A stretch of 62,959 bases of DNA, the filler included, from Hyphochytrium catenoides (lineage: Eukaryota > Protista > Hyphochytriomycota): assembly GCA_900088475.1 (NCBI GenBank). It is 14 parts of 14 records of this genome, joined end to end, with 100 filler letters (N's around TTAATTAATTAA, not from the genome) between each part and the next. Parts side by side here need not be neighbours in the genome. Positions count along the whole stretch, not along the records: positions 11,647 to 38,282 come from FLMG01004113.1; 13 more parts are not named here. One strand, written 5' to 3'. This document shows positions 24,901-37,563 of this stretch, one piece after another. Under the pieces are notes generated by a model, which worked only from the letters and a program-made list of their open reading frames with translations, had not been told where the DNA came from and searched no databases. The translations under genes were made by a program, and so were the position numbers. Positions within the stretch are counted from its first letter, which is position 1. Every line of letters starts with the position of its first letter.

Positions 24901-25719
24901 ACATTACTGGCATTTTTGTGTGTATCTTACACTAAAAGGCGAGTTTAGCGTCAAATGTGTCAAAATTAATGTCCCTTAAACTGTGAATTGACAAGGGATG
25001 AAAGGTCATAGATCATCATGATGGGAGGGATCTCTCTCTCTCTCTCTGTCTCTCCCTCTGTCTCTCTCTCTCTGTGCCTCTCTCTCTCTCTTTCTCACTT
25101 CTCTCTCTCTCTCTCTCTCTCTTCCTCTCTTTCTCTTTCTTTTTCTTTTCCTCTCTCCTCTTTATTATGCGCGTCTCTCGCACCTTCACGGGACCACAAA
25201 GGTGCTCCTGCTCCATCGCCGACACTTCTCTTTCGAGTCTCATTTCTCTCTTTCCGCCTTTTCCTCCTTTTTCTGTTTCCCCTTCACTTCCCATGCATTA
25301 GCTGTGGGACAGCGGAAGAAAAGAAGGCATCTGAGAGAGAGACAAAGGGAAGGAGAGAGAGAAAAGAGGAACATTGAGGGAGAGACAAGGCTTGAGAGGA
25401 AAGAGTGCATAAGGAGACAGAAGAAGAAAGGAGCAGCGAAGCAGGAAAGGTCAAGAGAAAGAGAGACAGATAAGAAGAAGAATAAGAAGTGAGTTCACTT
25501 AGCGAAGAGTTCAAAGAGCAAGAGAGAGACACACGAGGAAGAAAGAGCGAGAGTGGGAGAGACCGGGAGAAGGAGAGACAAAAATAGAGAGGAGAGAGAA
25601 GAGTGGAAGAGAGTGAGAGAAAAGAAGAAAGTGAGAGAAAGAGTGGTAGAAAGAGAGAAGAAGAGAGAGAGAGAAAGAGAGAGAGAGCGCAAGAGCGAGA
25701 GTCGGAGCGAGAGAGAAGA

Positions 25720-25751
<32 letters not shown>

Positions 25752-25786
25752 TGGGAAAGGGAGGTAGTAACCGAGGAGCAGCGCCA

Positions 25787-25956
25787 ATGGAGGTAGAGGA
25801 GAGCCGTCTAGGTGGAGATATCGATGACTGCGGCCAGCGCCAGGACTACAAAGCTGTCCTCCAGCTTATGAAGGCCGCACCTGAGGACATTACGCTGCAG
25901 GAAAGAGAATGAGTCTTCTCCTTCTTCCCTGTCTCTCTCTCTCTCTCTCTCTCTCC

Positions 25957-25991
<35 letters not shown>

Positions 25992-28246
25992 CTTTCATCA
26001 TTGTCCTTCTTTTGCTCTGTCGGCTGTCTCCGCCTCAGTTTATGTTTCTTCTCTGCTGATTTTTCATCGCCTCCCTCCTAACGATGTGTAGGTTCTTTTC
26101 AAGTCTTCTCTCCTGCTCTCTCGCGCCCTTTTCTCAGACCGTTCCCTCTTCCTCTTTCTTTCCAGATGTCAGGCTGCCTCTATCTCAGCTGCATAGCAGC
26201 AAATCCTGTGGCAAGGTACACCTTTTCTCTGTCTTCTCTCCTATCCCTTTCCATGTCTGTCCCTCTTTCTCTTTGGGTCCTCTCTCTCTCTCTCCTGCCT
26301 CTCCACGGTCTGCCCTCCTTTTCCATTTTCTTTCTCTTCTCCTTCTCAGAATTCTCAGCGGTTGACCATCACTCGCCTCTCTGTCTCTCTAATCTCTCTT
26401 TCATCAAGTGATATCGTCTCTCTTTTTCTCTCTTTCTCTTGGCCCTTTCTGTTTATATGGAAATAGAAAGCTGATGAGCGGCGAAGGTGCGGTTGAGGCT
26501 GTCATGACCGCTTTGGCATTGGATCGTGCTCACCAGGAGGTAGCATTTGTTCCTTCTCTCTTCTCTCTTTTCGTTCCCTCTTCCACGATCCCCTCCCCCT
26601 TTCCCCTTTCCTTCCCTTTTCTTCCTTCTCCCGCTCTCCTTCTTTCCCTCGCTGGCTCTTGCTCCACTCTTTCTCTCTCGTCCCACACCAACTTCCCCAA
26701 ACTCTCTTGCTTTCTCTCTCTCTCTGTCTCTCGCTCGGCCCCCATCTCTCTCGCTCTCTCTCTCTTCTCATGTCCGCCCTTGGTAAACAAATCTTTTCTC
26801 AATCTTCGTTTTCCAGCTCCAAGTTCAGGGTCTGGCAGCTGTGCGGGCTCTGGCTGTCGATCCAGTGATTAGAACCAAGCTCGGAAGCCATGGAGCTTGT
26901 GCCGCCATACTTGAGGCCATGGTCTCTCTCTCTCGCTCTCTTTCCCTCTCTCCCCTTCTCTCTCTGTCTGTCTCTGTCTCTGTCTCTCTCTGTCTCTCTC
27001 TCTCTCTTTCTCTTTGTGTCCCTTTCTTTCGCGTTTAGTTTTCTCACCATCCGTCTCTCTCTCTCTTGTTTTTGCTTCTTGATTGTCCCTTTCTTCTTTC
27101 TTTTTGCACTCTCTCTCCTCCTTTTCTCTCTTCTCCCGCATACTCTCTCTGTCTGTCTCTCCCTTTGGACTGTCCCTCTCTTCCACGAATCCAGCCAGCT
27201 ATACCTAATCTGTTCGCATCTCTCGGCTGCATTACTTCGTCTCTCTCTCCCCTAATTCACAGACGGCCAATCCTCGCTCCGAAGATGTTCTCTCTTCTGC
27301 TTTGGCTGCTGTTTCTCTTCTCTCTAAGCCTGAAGGGAGAGAGAAGGGAGAGTTTGTAAGACTAAGGGGAGACGTGATTATCCTGGAAATACTGGGAGAA
27401 CATAAAGAGAGTCTCTCTCTTCATAGAGGAGTTATGGAGGCTCTTTCCTCTCTCTCTTTCAAGGACCACACACTGGCCCAAATCCTAGGAAGCAAAGGCG
27501 CTTGTATGGCTGTCTCTCTCTCTTTCTCTCTCTTCCCTCGAGATGTTTCACTGCAGCTTGCGGCAGCCGTTGCTTGTTACAATCTAGCAGTGGAGAGAGA
27601 GAACAGGAGAAGACTGGTGCAGGGAAATGTTCTCTCTCTCCTTCTCGCCGCCCTTCAAGCCTTTGCTCCATCTAAAAGCAAGAGAGAGACAGAGAGAGAA
27701 GACAAAGAAAGAGTCAGACAAGAAGTCCTTCGGGCAATTTATCAGCTCTGCGAGAAGGACGAGAAAAGTAGGAGAGAAGCATTTCGCCTGAGCATGGTCC
27801 GTGAGCTTCTCTCTCTTTTGCAAGACTCTCTCTCTCTCTTTTCCCCCTCCACAACCCTCTCTCTCCCTGTTCCTTCCATTGTTCTCGAACAAGGTGTTCG
27901 TGCATTGAGAGCCATGGTGCAGATTGATAGCGTTCAAGAAAAGAAAGAAGAGAGAGAGAAGGAAGACGAGAAAGAAGAAGACTCTCTCTTTAAGGTTCCA
28001 GACGACGCTCCTCGTGTTATCATGGATATTTATAGGCATTACGAAGATAGGGAAGAGCTTCTCATCGATCTCTGTATCATCTATCGGAGTATGATAGAGA
28101 GAGAGTCCTTAGGCTCTTCAAATGTCTCTCTCTCTCCCCTAAAGAGAGAGAAAACCAAGTTTCTCTCTTTACTGCAGCAAAGTCTGAAGAAGTACAAGCA
28201 GAGCAAATATTTAGCTAGGGAACAGGAGCTACTCTCTGCTCTCTAA
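25787..28246 (+). CDS. Armadillo-repeat protein
   Basis: Exons 25787-25900, 26166-26215, 26467-26539, 26817-26921, 27263-28246. ARM-like units: AVLQLMKAAPEDITLQ|MSGCLYLSCIA, GAVEAVMTAL..HQE|LQVQGLAAVRALA, GACAAILEAM, LQLAAAVACYNLAVERENRRRL. Intron 1 donor is non-canonical (see findings). Confidence 0.8.
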
Positions 28247-29187
28247 TGACGTTGGGCTCCTCTTTCCGCTCAAGGACCTGTCTCCCCCGAGAAGTCAGCA
28301 GGAGAAAAGAGAATGAAAAAGAAAAAAGAGAGTGAAAGAGAGGAAAGACACTTAAAGAGAAAGCAGCAAGAGAAAGACTGTAAATGTTATAAATAGAGTA
28401 GAAAGTATGGGACAAGGCGTGACATAGACCGACGACATAGACCACTTAGAAAGTAGGTGGCCTTAAAGGAAACGAAAGAGAAGAGAGAGAGAGAAGGGGA
28501 GAGAGAGAGAGGCGCGGAAAGAGAGAGAGAGAGAAATATTTGGCCCTATAGGCGGCGAGGGGAGAGAAGATAATAAGGAAGGTGTGATATGTGAAGAGTA
28601 CAAATGGCTGAGACAGATTATTCTTTTCATTATTATGAGAGAGAAGGAGAGGAGCCTAACCCCAGCTTTGAGTCTGGAAAAAGAGTGTATTTATCTTGCA
28701 TCTACTATCTAATGGAGAGTCAAGAGAACCGACAGATCCTCCTTCTCTCCATCTCTCTTTTTCTCTCTCTCTCTCCGTGATTCCTGAGCACTTCCACTGA
28801 GAACAGCTGAGGCGTGAACAGTGCACTTGTCTCAACATAAAGAGCATCTTAGGCTTGAGGCAGAGCAGAGCACCAACCAGCTTGCACACCGGACACTGAA
28901 AATGAGGAGAGCAAGAGAGAGAGGTGGAAGAGAGAGGGAGAGAGAGGGCTGGGAAGCAGGGCGAGAAGCAAGAAAGAGAAGCAGTGAAAAGCCCAAATCC
29001 GAAAGACAGCGAACCTTAAAGCACGGGGGGGAGAGAGAGAGAAAAAGCCTTGTACAAACGAGAATTGTGGCCGAGAGAGAGAGTGAGCGAGAGAGAGAGA
29101 GAACAAGAGAGAGGAAGGGAGAGAAGGTAGGAGAGACAAAAGGGAAGGAACGTTGCGGCTAGAAGAGAGAAGCGCGTTCTGGTGAGC

Positions 29188-29892
29188 CTAAGGCATCACT
29201 ATGATCCCCTTTCCTCTCTGGAACTTCAGCCCTAGCTTGACAAGGTATCTCCTCACTGTCTCATTGGAGACATTGTATTTCTGTCCCTCACTGTCAGTAG
29301 GAGGCAGCTGGTCTTCCAACGGGTCTTCGGGGTCGTCAGGGTCCTGATGCGCCTCATTCCCATTGATAAAGTCCGCAATGTCCTTGATGGTCGTAGGAAG
29401 TTGCCGGCGCGTCCGCCGACGAATGACTTTTCGAATCTTTCTGTGCAGATTTTCATCGTTGATATCGAGCTTGCTCTTTCCTCTCGATCCTCCCCTCCGT
29501 GGACGAGGGAGAGAGGAGTTAGCGTCAATCTCTCCTGCGCAGGCGCGCTGGACGGCTCCCTTGGTGATGCCCAGCTGCTTGGCTGTACGGGCTACATAGT
29601 TCCGGAAGTTTATCTTCTCCTTCCTCAATGTCCGGAGGTATTCTTCCCTGTTATAGTTGTACAGGCGCCTGACGAACTCCTTCTGTTCTTCCGTGAGCTT
29701 TGTCTTTTTCGCTCGAGGGAGAGGCAGTTTGTCTTCTCCGGCGCTGACGCCTTCCTCCACGAGCGGATGATGATGCTCCGTATGCTGGTGGTGGTGGTGT
29801 GGATTCTTCCCTCCTCCGGGTGCCCGTTGAGGAACCGCCATGTTGAATAAATGGGCGGGATGATGGGCCTCGCCCAGCTGTGGGACCTCCAT
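29188..29892 (-). CDS. IS630/Tc1-like transposase-derived DNA-binding protein (HTH + winged HTH, no DDE domain)
   Basis: Intact intronless 234-aa ORF: LTEEQKEFVRRLY...VARTAKQLGITKGAVQRA (HTH), RGGSRGK linker, IRKVIRRR..PTTIKDIADFI...VSNETVRRYLVKLGLKFQR (second HTH). The stop follows shortly after. Confidence 0.75.
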   Translation of the reverse strand: MEVPQLGEAHHPAHLFNMAVPQRAPGGGKNPHHHHQHTEHHHPLVEEGVSAGEDKLPLPRAKKTKLTEEQKEFVRRLYNYNREEYLRTLRKEKINFRNYVARTAKQLGITKGAVQRACAGEIDANSSLPRPRRGGSRGKSKLDINDENLHRKIRKVIRRRTRRQLPTTIKDIADFINGNEAHQDPDDPEDPLEDQLPPTDSEGQKYNVSNETVRRYLVKLGLKFQRGKGIIVMP

Positions 29893-31234
29893 TGTCGGCT
29901 CTGCTCAAGGATAAGGCAGGCGGGACGCGTAGTTATGAGTCTATAGTCTTCTACGGGACAGTGGAACTATAAGAGCTTAACGACAGGAAAGACTCCTGAA
30001 AGCATGTATATACAGGTACAAAGCGACATGAAACGTTGTCTCTGGCCTTACCTCTTTATGACAACTGTCGTTCTCTATAAAGCAGGGGCGCAACGCGCTT
30101 CTGTCTGGTCGCACAAACTCGTCCTCTTTACCCAGTAGTAGAAAGCTTCACTCCTTATAACCTAACTACGGGTGGTTGATCGTCCTCTTTCCCTTGGTAG
30201 CGCTCCGCAACAATTTGAAAAAGCGTATCCTTTCCAAGAAACAAAGACAGAAAGGCACTTCTGGGTCTTCTGGGTGTCCTCTTGAAAGGCTGCTCCTGTG
30301 ACCAAACTCAAACTCTCACAGGCCTCTTTTTAATTAGCCTATAGTTCTACACCTCAACACTGGGGCTATCCTAGTCCTACACTTACTGAAGGGCTAAACA
30401 TTCAAAAAAGCTCACTCAAGCGGGCTCACTGTGTCACTGTCACAGTCGCGCTGGCTCACCCACAGCCTGCGCAGGTCAAACTCATCGCCTTTTCCAGAGA
30501 CGGCTTGGGCCTGGATCTGCAGCGCTGGAGGCGGCGGCGCGCGGAGTGTGTGAGCGGCGCCGCGACCCGTTGTTTTCTAGTCACTCCCTTCCCTTAGTGA
30601 GTTTGAGGCGGTGGGTGGGAGACACGCACCCCCCACCCAACCCCCCACGATAATACGAAGTTAAACGGGATTATGTTCCGGAAATAACTGTTATAGATTC
30701 GGACAAGGGTTAGTTACTATGATTATTGGTGAGAGGTTTATAATAATAATAAGGGGATGCTTTTGGCATTTTGACGAAAGTGTAATATGTCCAATTTTTA
30801 AAGGTCTGGACCGGACCGACTGTGGATCCGGTGGGTGGGGATGGATGGGTGTGACAAGCTTGAGAAAAAAACTGGTGGCATTGTGAACAGTCCTCACAAA
30901 GATAACCTTTCAATTGATATGCTGGTCTAAGATCTGATAACTAATTACATTATGTTATGTGATAACTGTTGTGGAGACCATGAGAATGCTTGAAGTTTCG
31001 GCTCCCAACTTCGCAATAAACTCTGTCATTGAAGATCTGCAGAGACTTCAGAAAGCACCACGACTTGGAGCTGGGCCGACCGGGCACATAGATCTAAACC
31101 GGGAAGGCTGCCCGAAAGAGGGAGGATCTGTGTACGTAGTCTGAAGTGACTGTTCATAATAAAGTCATGGGATAGGTCCACAGAGGAAAGCAAGAGGGAC
31201 TAGGAAGTCCATTTACAGAGACTTTCACTTCTTG

Positions 31235-32399
31235 ATGAACAGATTTAGGCGAGCGACGCATAGCGGCGTCGATAGAGGTCCAGTGACGCCCAGGGATGAG
31301 ATCAAACGTCCAAGTAAGGAAGAGCCTATCTCGACTGAACAATGGATGAAAATGCTGAGAGCTGAACGTATCAATCGACAGTAAGTCCTTGTCTACAGCT
31401 TGCTATTTGTGACAGGACGGGAATATCATCGGCGTTAGCATCACCCTTCGCATCTGGCATTCATCTCTCGCTCTCTTTATCTTACAGAAGCGTTCTTCGC
31501 TTTTGGTTTCTATCTCCTTATAGCAGTGCATCGGTGGTCTTCCCATTCTTAGGATATGATACTCATCTGTCTGTTTCACCTGACACTTCTAGCTGTCTTT
31601 CCCTCCTTTCGCCTTCTCTCTCTCTCCCACCAATTGATGTCTCACAGCGAGCTCAATGCGCTTGTCATGAACTATCTCGTCATCGAAGGGTTTGAAGAGG
31701 CGGCGGAAGAGTTTGAGAAGGAATCTGGAACTGAGCGTACGGCAGCATATTAGCATTTGTCGTCTTGTCTCTCTCTTTTCTCTCTCTCTCTCTCCTCTTT
31801 CTCTCTCTCTCTCTTTTCTTTCTCTCTCTCTTACTCTCTTTCTCTCTCTCTCTCTCTCCTCTTTCTCTCTCTCTCTCTCTTTTCTCTCTCTTGCAACCCT
31901 CTCTGTTCCTCTTACTCTTTCTTTGTTTATATCCCGCCCTCTTTCTTTTTAGCACTCCCAAGCCTTTCGCTAATTGGTGCTTACAAGCCTTCTGCTCAGC
32001 TATCTCATGTCCTCTGCCTCCCACCAGCCCGGCCCTTCTCTCTGCTCTGAGCCGTTTGTCTGCCCAGCTCCTTCTCCCTTGCCGCGTTACTTTCCTCTCT
32101 CTCTTGTGCCCTCCTTCGTATACTCTACCGTAAGCATCTCTCTCACTCTCTGTCTCTCTCCCCTAACCATATACGCGATCTGTCTCTCTTCTACTCGCTT
32201 TGCGTCTCTCCAAACCAGCGCCCATGTCCCTAGAAGACATAAGGGAACGCGTGGCCATTCGAAACTGCATACTTTGTGGCGACATACGCGGTGCCGTAGA
32301 AAGAATCAATGACTTTGATGCACAGGTAATGACACTATTTTGCTCATGAGCAGTTCTCTCTCTGTGTATGTCTGTCTGTCTCTTTCTCTTCTCCTCCTC

Positions 32400-32457
<58 letters not shown>

Positions 32458-32668
32458 ACCTCCAGGCCCATCCAAATGCCTTGCTATTTGTAGCTCCTAG
32501 ATCGCCATCCAGAACTGAAGTTCAAGCTGCTAAATCGTCAGTTGAGAGAAATGATAGGAAGAGGAGAGGGAAAAGACGCTATCCTTTATGCTAGCGAAGA
32601 GATAGTGCCCATCGTGGATAGGAATGTAAGCCCAAGTGAAGCGTTTCACGGAAGACAGGATCTCTCTC

Positions 32669-32708
<40 letters not shown>

Positions 32709-33295
32709 NNNNNTCCAGGGACTTAAGTTGTTGCACTATTCCCAGAGTCTCTTTGTTCCTCCCCTTCTCTGCTAGCGGTACAGCGGCTTCTATGTCTTCG
32801 TTCTATTTCCTCTCCGTGTCTCGCTTATTTCTCTCTTTCGCTTTTTCTCTCTCTCTCGCTTTTTTATCTCTCTCTTACGTTTTCTCTCTCTCTCTTCTCT
32901 CTCTCTCTCTCCTCTTAGAGTCACCTACTGCCAGCATTAGAAGAAAGTATGGGCCTCTTAGCCTTTTCTAACCCTAGAGAATCCAGACTCTCTTCGCTGG
33001 TAGATGAGAGCCAGCGAGAACCTTTAGCAGAAGAGGTCAACGCTCTGCTGCTCCAGAGTCAGTCGCAGGAGAAAGGTACATCAGTCCGTTCTCTCTCACT
33101 TATATGTAACCTATTGCATCTTCAGTCGCTTTCTTTTTGTCTTGTCTTTCTCTCTCTTTCTCTCCTTCCTCACTATGCTTACAACTGTTTGCTCTTCGTA
33201 ACCGTCCTATCCTCCTCTCTGTGGATGGTCGCGACATCCTCCTTCCAATGTCGTAGTGTCCTCTCGCTTCCTCTTGTCAGCTTCTCTCTCGTGAC

Positions 33296-33346
<51 letters not shown>

Positions 33347-33527
33347 GTCTCTGTCTCTCTCTCTCTCTCCTGCAGAGCCGCGTTTGGGCTTCTTATTGAA
33401 GTCAATGATCCAGGCTGAGCAGAGGGTGACTGAGAGTAGGAAAGTGCCTCACTTAGACTTCGCATCAGGTAACTTTACTGAGGAGACAGAGGCAGAGCAG
33501 CCCACGGCGATGGCGGAAGACTATTGA
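31235..33527 (+). CDS. GID8: GID/CTLH complex subunit GID8/TWA1 (LisH-CTLH-CRA)
   Basis: Six GT-AG exons: 31235-31380, 31648-31736, 32219-32325, 32494-32625, 32919-33075, 33376-33527. Motifs: ISTEQWMKML, LNALVMNYLVIEGFEEAAEEFEKESG (LisH), IRERVAIRNCILCGDIRGAVERIN (CTLH), LEESMGLLAF...QREPLAEEVNALLL (CRA). Confidence 0.92.
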
Positions 33528-34016
33528 AAGGAGAGAGACTAGTAAAAGACGACATCCACAAAGAGGACAAGCGTGACAAGGGAAGATACTCATAGAGAGA
33601 GAAAGTGAGCACAAGCAAGATAGCGGAAGAATATCTCAGCCATAGAGGTGAGAGGGTCACTACGGAAGAGGCGGGGAGAAAGAGAAGCGAGTTGGTTCTC
33701 TTCCGCAAGCAACAGAGACGGGTAATAGATATCTATAAATAACTTAATCCACGGACCCATTTACTCCTTAATCTCTCTTTATGTCTCTATTCACTCCTCT
33801 CTCTTCTTTCTTCGACCGACACTCTCTTTCTCCTTCCTTCTCTCTCTCTCCCTCTCTCTCTCTGTCTTTAAACTCTCCTGCGCTCCATTGGTCCTCCTGC
33901 CGATCATTGGTCAAGGTAAACCTTCTCCCTCTCTCTCTGTCTCTCTCTGTCTCTCTCTGTCTCTCTCTGTCTCTCTCTTAGACTCTCAGGCAGCGTTAGC
34001 AAAATGAGAGAGAGAC

Positions 34017-34330
34017 TCAACTATTTGTCTTCTTCTCGTACACCCTCTCTCCCGTGGTAAGATCCACGCCAAAGATCTCTATAAACAGAACTTTCGGCAG
34101 TCCCCAGCTCGTCGTCGTCTCAACGTAGACGCGCTCGAGCTTTATCCCCTTTCTACCGTTAATTACCGTCAGCGCCATGGGCTTCTTGCTCTCATCCAGG
34201 AAGAAATCGATCTTTCTATCGGTCAGAGAGGTGATAACTACCTGGTATTTACCAGGGTCATTGGAGGGATGAGGTTCAACGGAGATTCCTAGTTAAAGAG
34301 AGAGAGAGAAAGAATAGGAGAGAGATTGAA

Positions 34331-34366
<36 letters not shown>

Positions 34367-34731
34367 GAAGTGGTCAATCACGGACATGCATTGAAAAAGA
34401 AGAACAGGATCATCCTGAGAAGCACTAGCAGCACAAAGAAGCCGAGAAGGAAGAGACGCAGGCCAGAGCGGGAAGAGACCTGAGAGAGAGAGAAAGAGAG
34501 ACAGAGAGAGATTCTCTTCTCCGGCCACGAAGGACATGGGTAAAGAAAGAAAAGCGAGCCAGAGCGACTGCAGACGGCGAGGGAGAGAGGACGGGAGAGG
34601 GACAAGTAGTAGGACAGACACGTAGAAAGTAACGGGAGGAAAAAGAAGTAGTACAATGCAAGGAGAAGCGTGAGGAGACACGAAAGGGCAAAGAGAGGAA
34701 GAGGGGGACAAGCAAGGAAAAGCGTGCGGGG

Positions 34732-34764
<33 letters not shown>

Positions 34765-36059
34765 AGAGAGAGGGAGAGAGACAGAGCATGAGCCATGGCG
34801 CACCATAAGCACTGTTTCTCTCCAGCATGTTCAGTTCTTCCCTTGGGGCTCCGGGCTGTTCGTACATCAGCCAGTAGACGTCCAGCGGGTTGCTCTTGTC
34901 GATCCCTCCGGCACCTTTCTTATCCATACGGGCCGAGTAAACCACAGTGTTGCGGTTCTACAGAGAGAAAGAGAGAGATAAAATTGAGGAGAGAGGAGAG
35001 ACAAAGAGAGATCAAGAGAGAGACACAGGAAAGAGAGAAAGAGAGCGGGAGAGAGACAGGGAAGAGAGAGAGAGATGAAAGACACGGCACAGAGAGGCAA
35101 GAGCCGACGGAACAGGTCTTAGCCATACAGACGTGGGCGGGTAATTTATGAGAGTGAGCAGCGGTCGAGAGACACGTCTTGAGGAGGAGGAAACAGAGAG
35201 AGAGAGAGAAAGACTCGGATAGAGAGAGAGAGAGTAGATCAAAGACATCTTTCCAGAGCTAGACAGAGCAAGGGAACCGAATCATCGAAGCCATTTCTCT
35301 TCTATGTCGGTCTCTCGCTCCTATGAAATGTTACACTGCTCTCTCTCTCTCTCTTCAACACAGACCCCACCATAATCTCTCTTCTTCTTCTCTCTCTCTC
35401 TCTTTTTCTTTCTCCTTGCGCTACGTACCGTGCTTCTCTGTATAAGGAAGGCCACATTGGGGTCCTTCGCCGCTCTAATTCCTGTGAGCACCTGATCTTC
35501 ATCGAGAGAAACTGCTTGGGGGACAGCCGGGGTGTCTTCTTGCTTTTCCTCTGTCTCTTTCTCTCTCTTCTTAGATTCCTTCCTTTCCGTCTCCTTCTTT
35601 TCTTTTTGCTTTCCCTCTTGCTTGTCTTCTTTCTCTTCTCCCCCTTCTCCCCCTAGACTTGAGCCTTCAAATGCCTCTCCTCCTTCGATAAAGGTGCTTC
35701 CTACAGAGATCTTTTCTGTGGCGTCAGCTTTGTTTTCTTCTTTTTGAGAGAGTCTCTCTCTCTCTTTTTCAGTCTTTTTTTCCTGCGCTCTCTCTCCTCT
35801 CGCGACAGAGAAGAGCAGAGGCGTGGCAGGAGACGAGCCATCTGCTTGGGGTGGCACTCTCTCTTTCCTGATCTCAGAGAGACGCTTGCTATCTCCGCAC
35901 GCCGAGAGGAGTCTCTTTCTATAGATAATAAGGCGAGAGACAGTCTCTAGTTCTTCTTCTAATCTCCTCTTTCTCTCTTCCAACTCTCGCACTTCTTCCT
36001 CGATGTAGAGCTGATAGCGGCTCCGCTCCGCCTCAAGAGAGCGCTCTAGGTCAGTGATC
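34017..36059 (-). CDS. Coiled-coil + DUF4833-like protein (5' end uncertain; probably extends to about 36550 or beyond)
   Basis: Exons 36059-35429, 34957-34804, 34288-34017. AFLIQRST|NRNTVVYSA...PLDVYWLMYEQPGAPREELNMLERNSAYG|ISV...KLERVYVE...PKVLFIEIFGVDLTTGERVYEK matches the DUF4833 pattern. Confidence 0.8.
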
Positions 36060-36263
36060 CTGCGCCGCAAAGACAACGAGAGAGAAAAGAAGAGAGAGAG
36101 AGAAAGGGAGAGAGAGAGAGAGAGAGAGAGAAAGAAAGAAAAGCCAAAGAATAGGAAGAAGATAAGCATTCAATACGAAAAGTAGAAGACAAAAGGCTTG
36201 ATCATAAAGCTGAGGGAGTAGTAAACCCCTTCTCTCTCGCACCGTCATCTCTTCTCTCTCTCT

Positions 36264-36308
<45 letters not shown>

Positions 36309-36407
36309 NNNNNNNNNNNNNNNNNNNNNNNNNNNNNNNNNNNNNNNNNNNNNNNNNNNNNNNNNNNNNNNNNNNNNNNNNNNNNNNNNNNNNNNNNNNN
36401 NNTTATC

Positions 36408-36454
<47 letters not shown>

Positions 36455-36690
36455 TTCGGCCTCTTCCTTATAGAGCGTCTCGCGCTCTGCTAAAGAGAGA
36501 TTGTCTTTCTCCTGTGAATGACCCCGGGCGCAACCTCTCAGCAAGTGCTCTTGTTATTAGAAGGAAGAGACTGATGACGGAGCAGCTTGAGGAAAGTCGA
36601 GGGAAGCGCAGGAGGAAAGGAGAGATAAGTTGTAAAAGCCAAGCCGTGACAGCGAGTGTGTAGAGAGGAGATGGAGAGAGAGGAGGGAGT

Positions 36691-36745
<55 letters not shown>

Positions 36746-36973
36746 TGACACTCTGTCTCTCTCTTCACATGTCCCACCAACATCAGCTTACTCCACTACA
36801 ACCCCAAGTACTGTCTTCAACCTAAAATGAGCGCATTGACAATTGAGTGAGTATATACTTGAGGGCTGGGTCCGCTATTTACTATTAGATAGTGTTATAC
36901 GTATAAAGAATGTTCACCGTCTATCCCCAAATTGTCGCTAAGTGGAGAATATGGCGTGCTAGACAGCAACAGA

Positions 36974-37131
36974 CAGAAGAAGAGAGAGAGAGAATGAAGA
37001 TGAATAGACAGAGCAGGGGAGAGAGATGAAGAAGAAGAAGACAGGCCTACGGTTGTCAGAAGAAGAGAGAGAGAGAATGAAGATGAATAGACAGAGCAGG
37101 GGAGAGAGATGAAGAAGAAGAAGACACGCCT
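36974..37131. repeat. Tandem duplication, period 83 bp
   Basis: cagaagaagagagagagagaatgaagatgaatagacagagcaggggagagagatgaagaagaagaagaca(g/c)gcct starts at both 36974 and 37057. Confidence 0.9.
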
Positions 37132-37385
37132 GTGAGGCGGAAAGAGTCAGGAGTATACGGAGACCAAGAGGGAGACGGAGAGCAGGATAGCGAGAACAGA
37201 GTTCAGACGGGCCGATAATTGCATTTTGGATAAATAAGATTCATAAAAAAGTGCACGAAAAGCCCTAAAGAAAGAGAGCTATCATAGGGCTCTAGCAGGA
37301 AGAGCCCCGCTAGGTTCCTCAGGAAGAGGACGGCAAGAAAGTGAAAAAGAAAGAATAGAGAGAAAGACAGAGTCAGTTTAGAAAA

Positions 37386-37423
<38 letters not shown>

Positions 37424-37563
37424 AATAATAATAGGACCCTGGCAGACGAGAGCCCCGCAGGGTCCCCCTACGAAGAGGAACAGAAATGAAAGAGAGCGAC
37501 CGAGAGAGGGAAAGAGAGAGAAAGTGTGTGTCCAGAGAAGAGACTCTCCGAAGAAAGAGTCTT

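Noticed and set aside
30959-31144. Short ORF upstream of GID8
   Set aside because: 61 aa with no motif; indistinguishable from chance without expression data.
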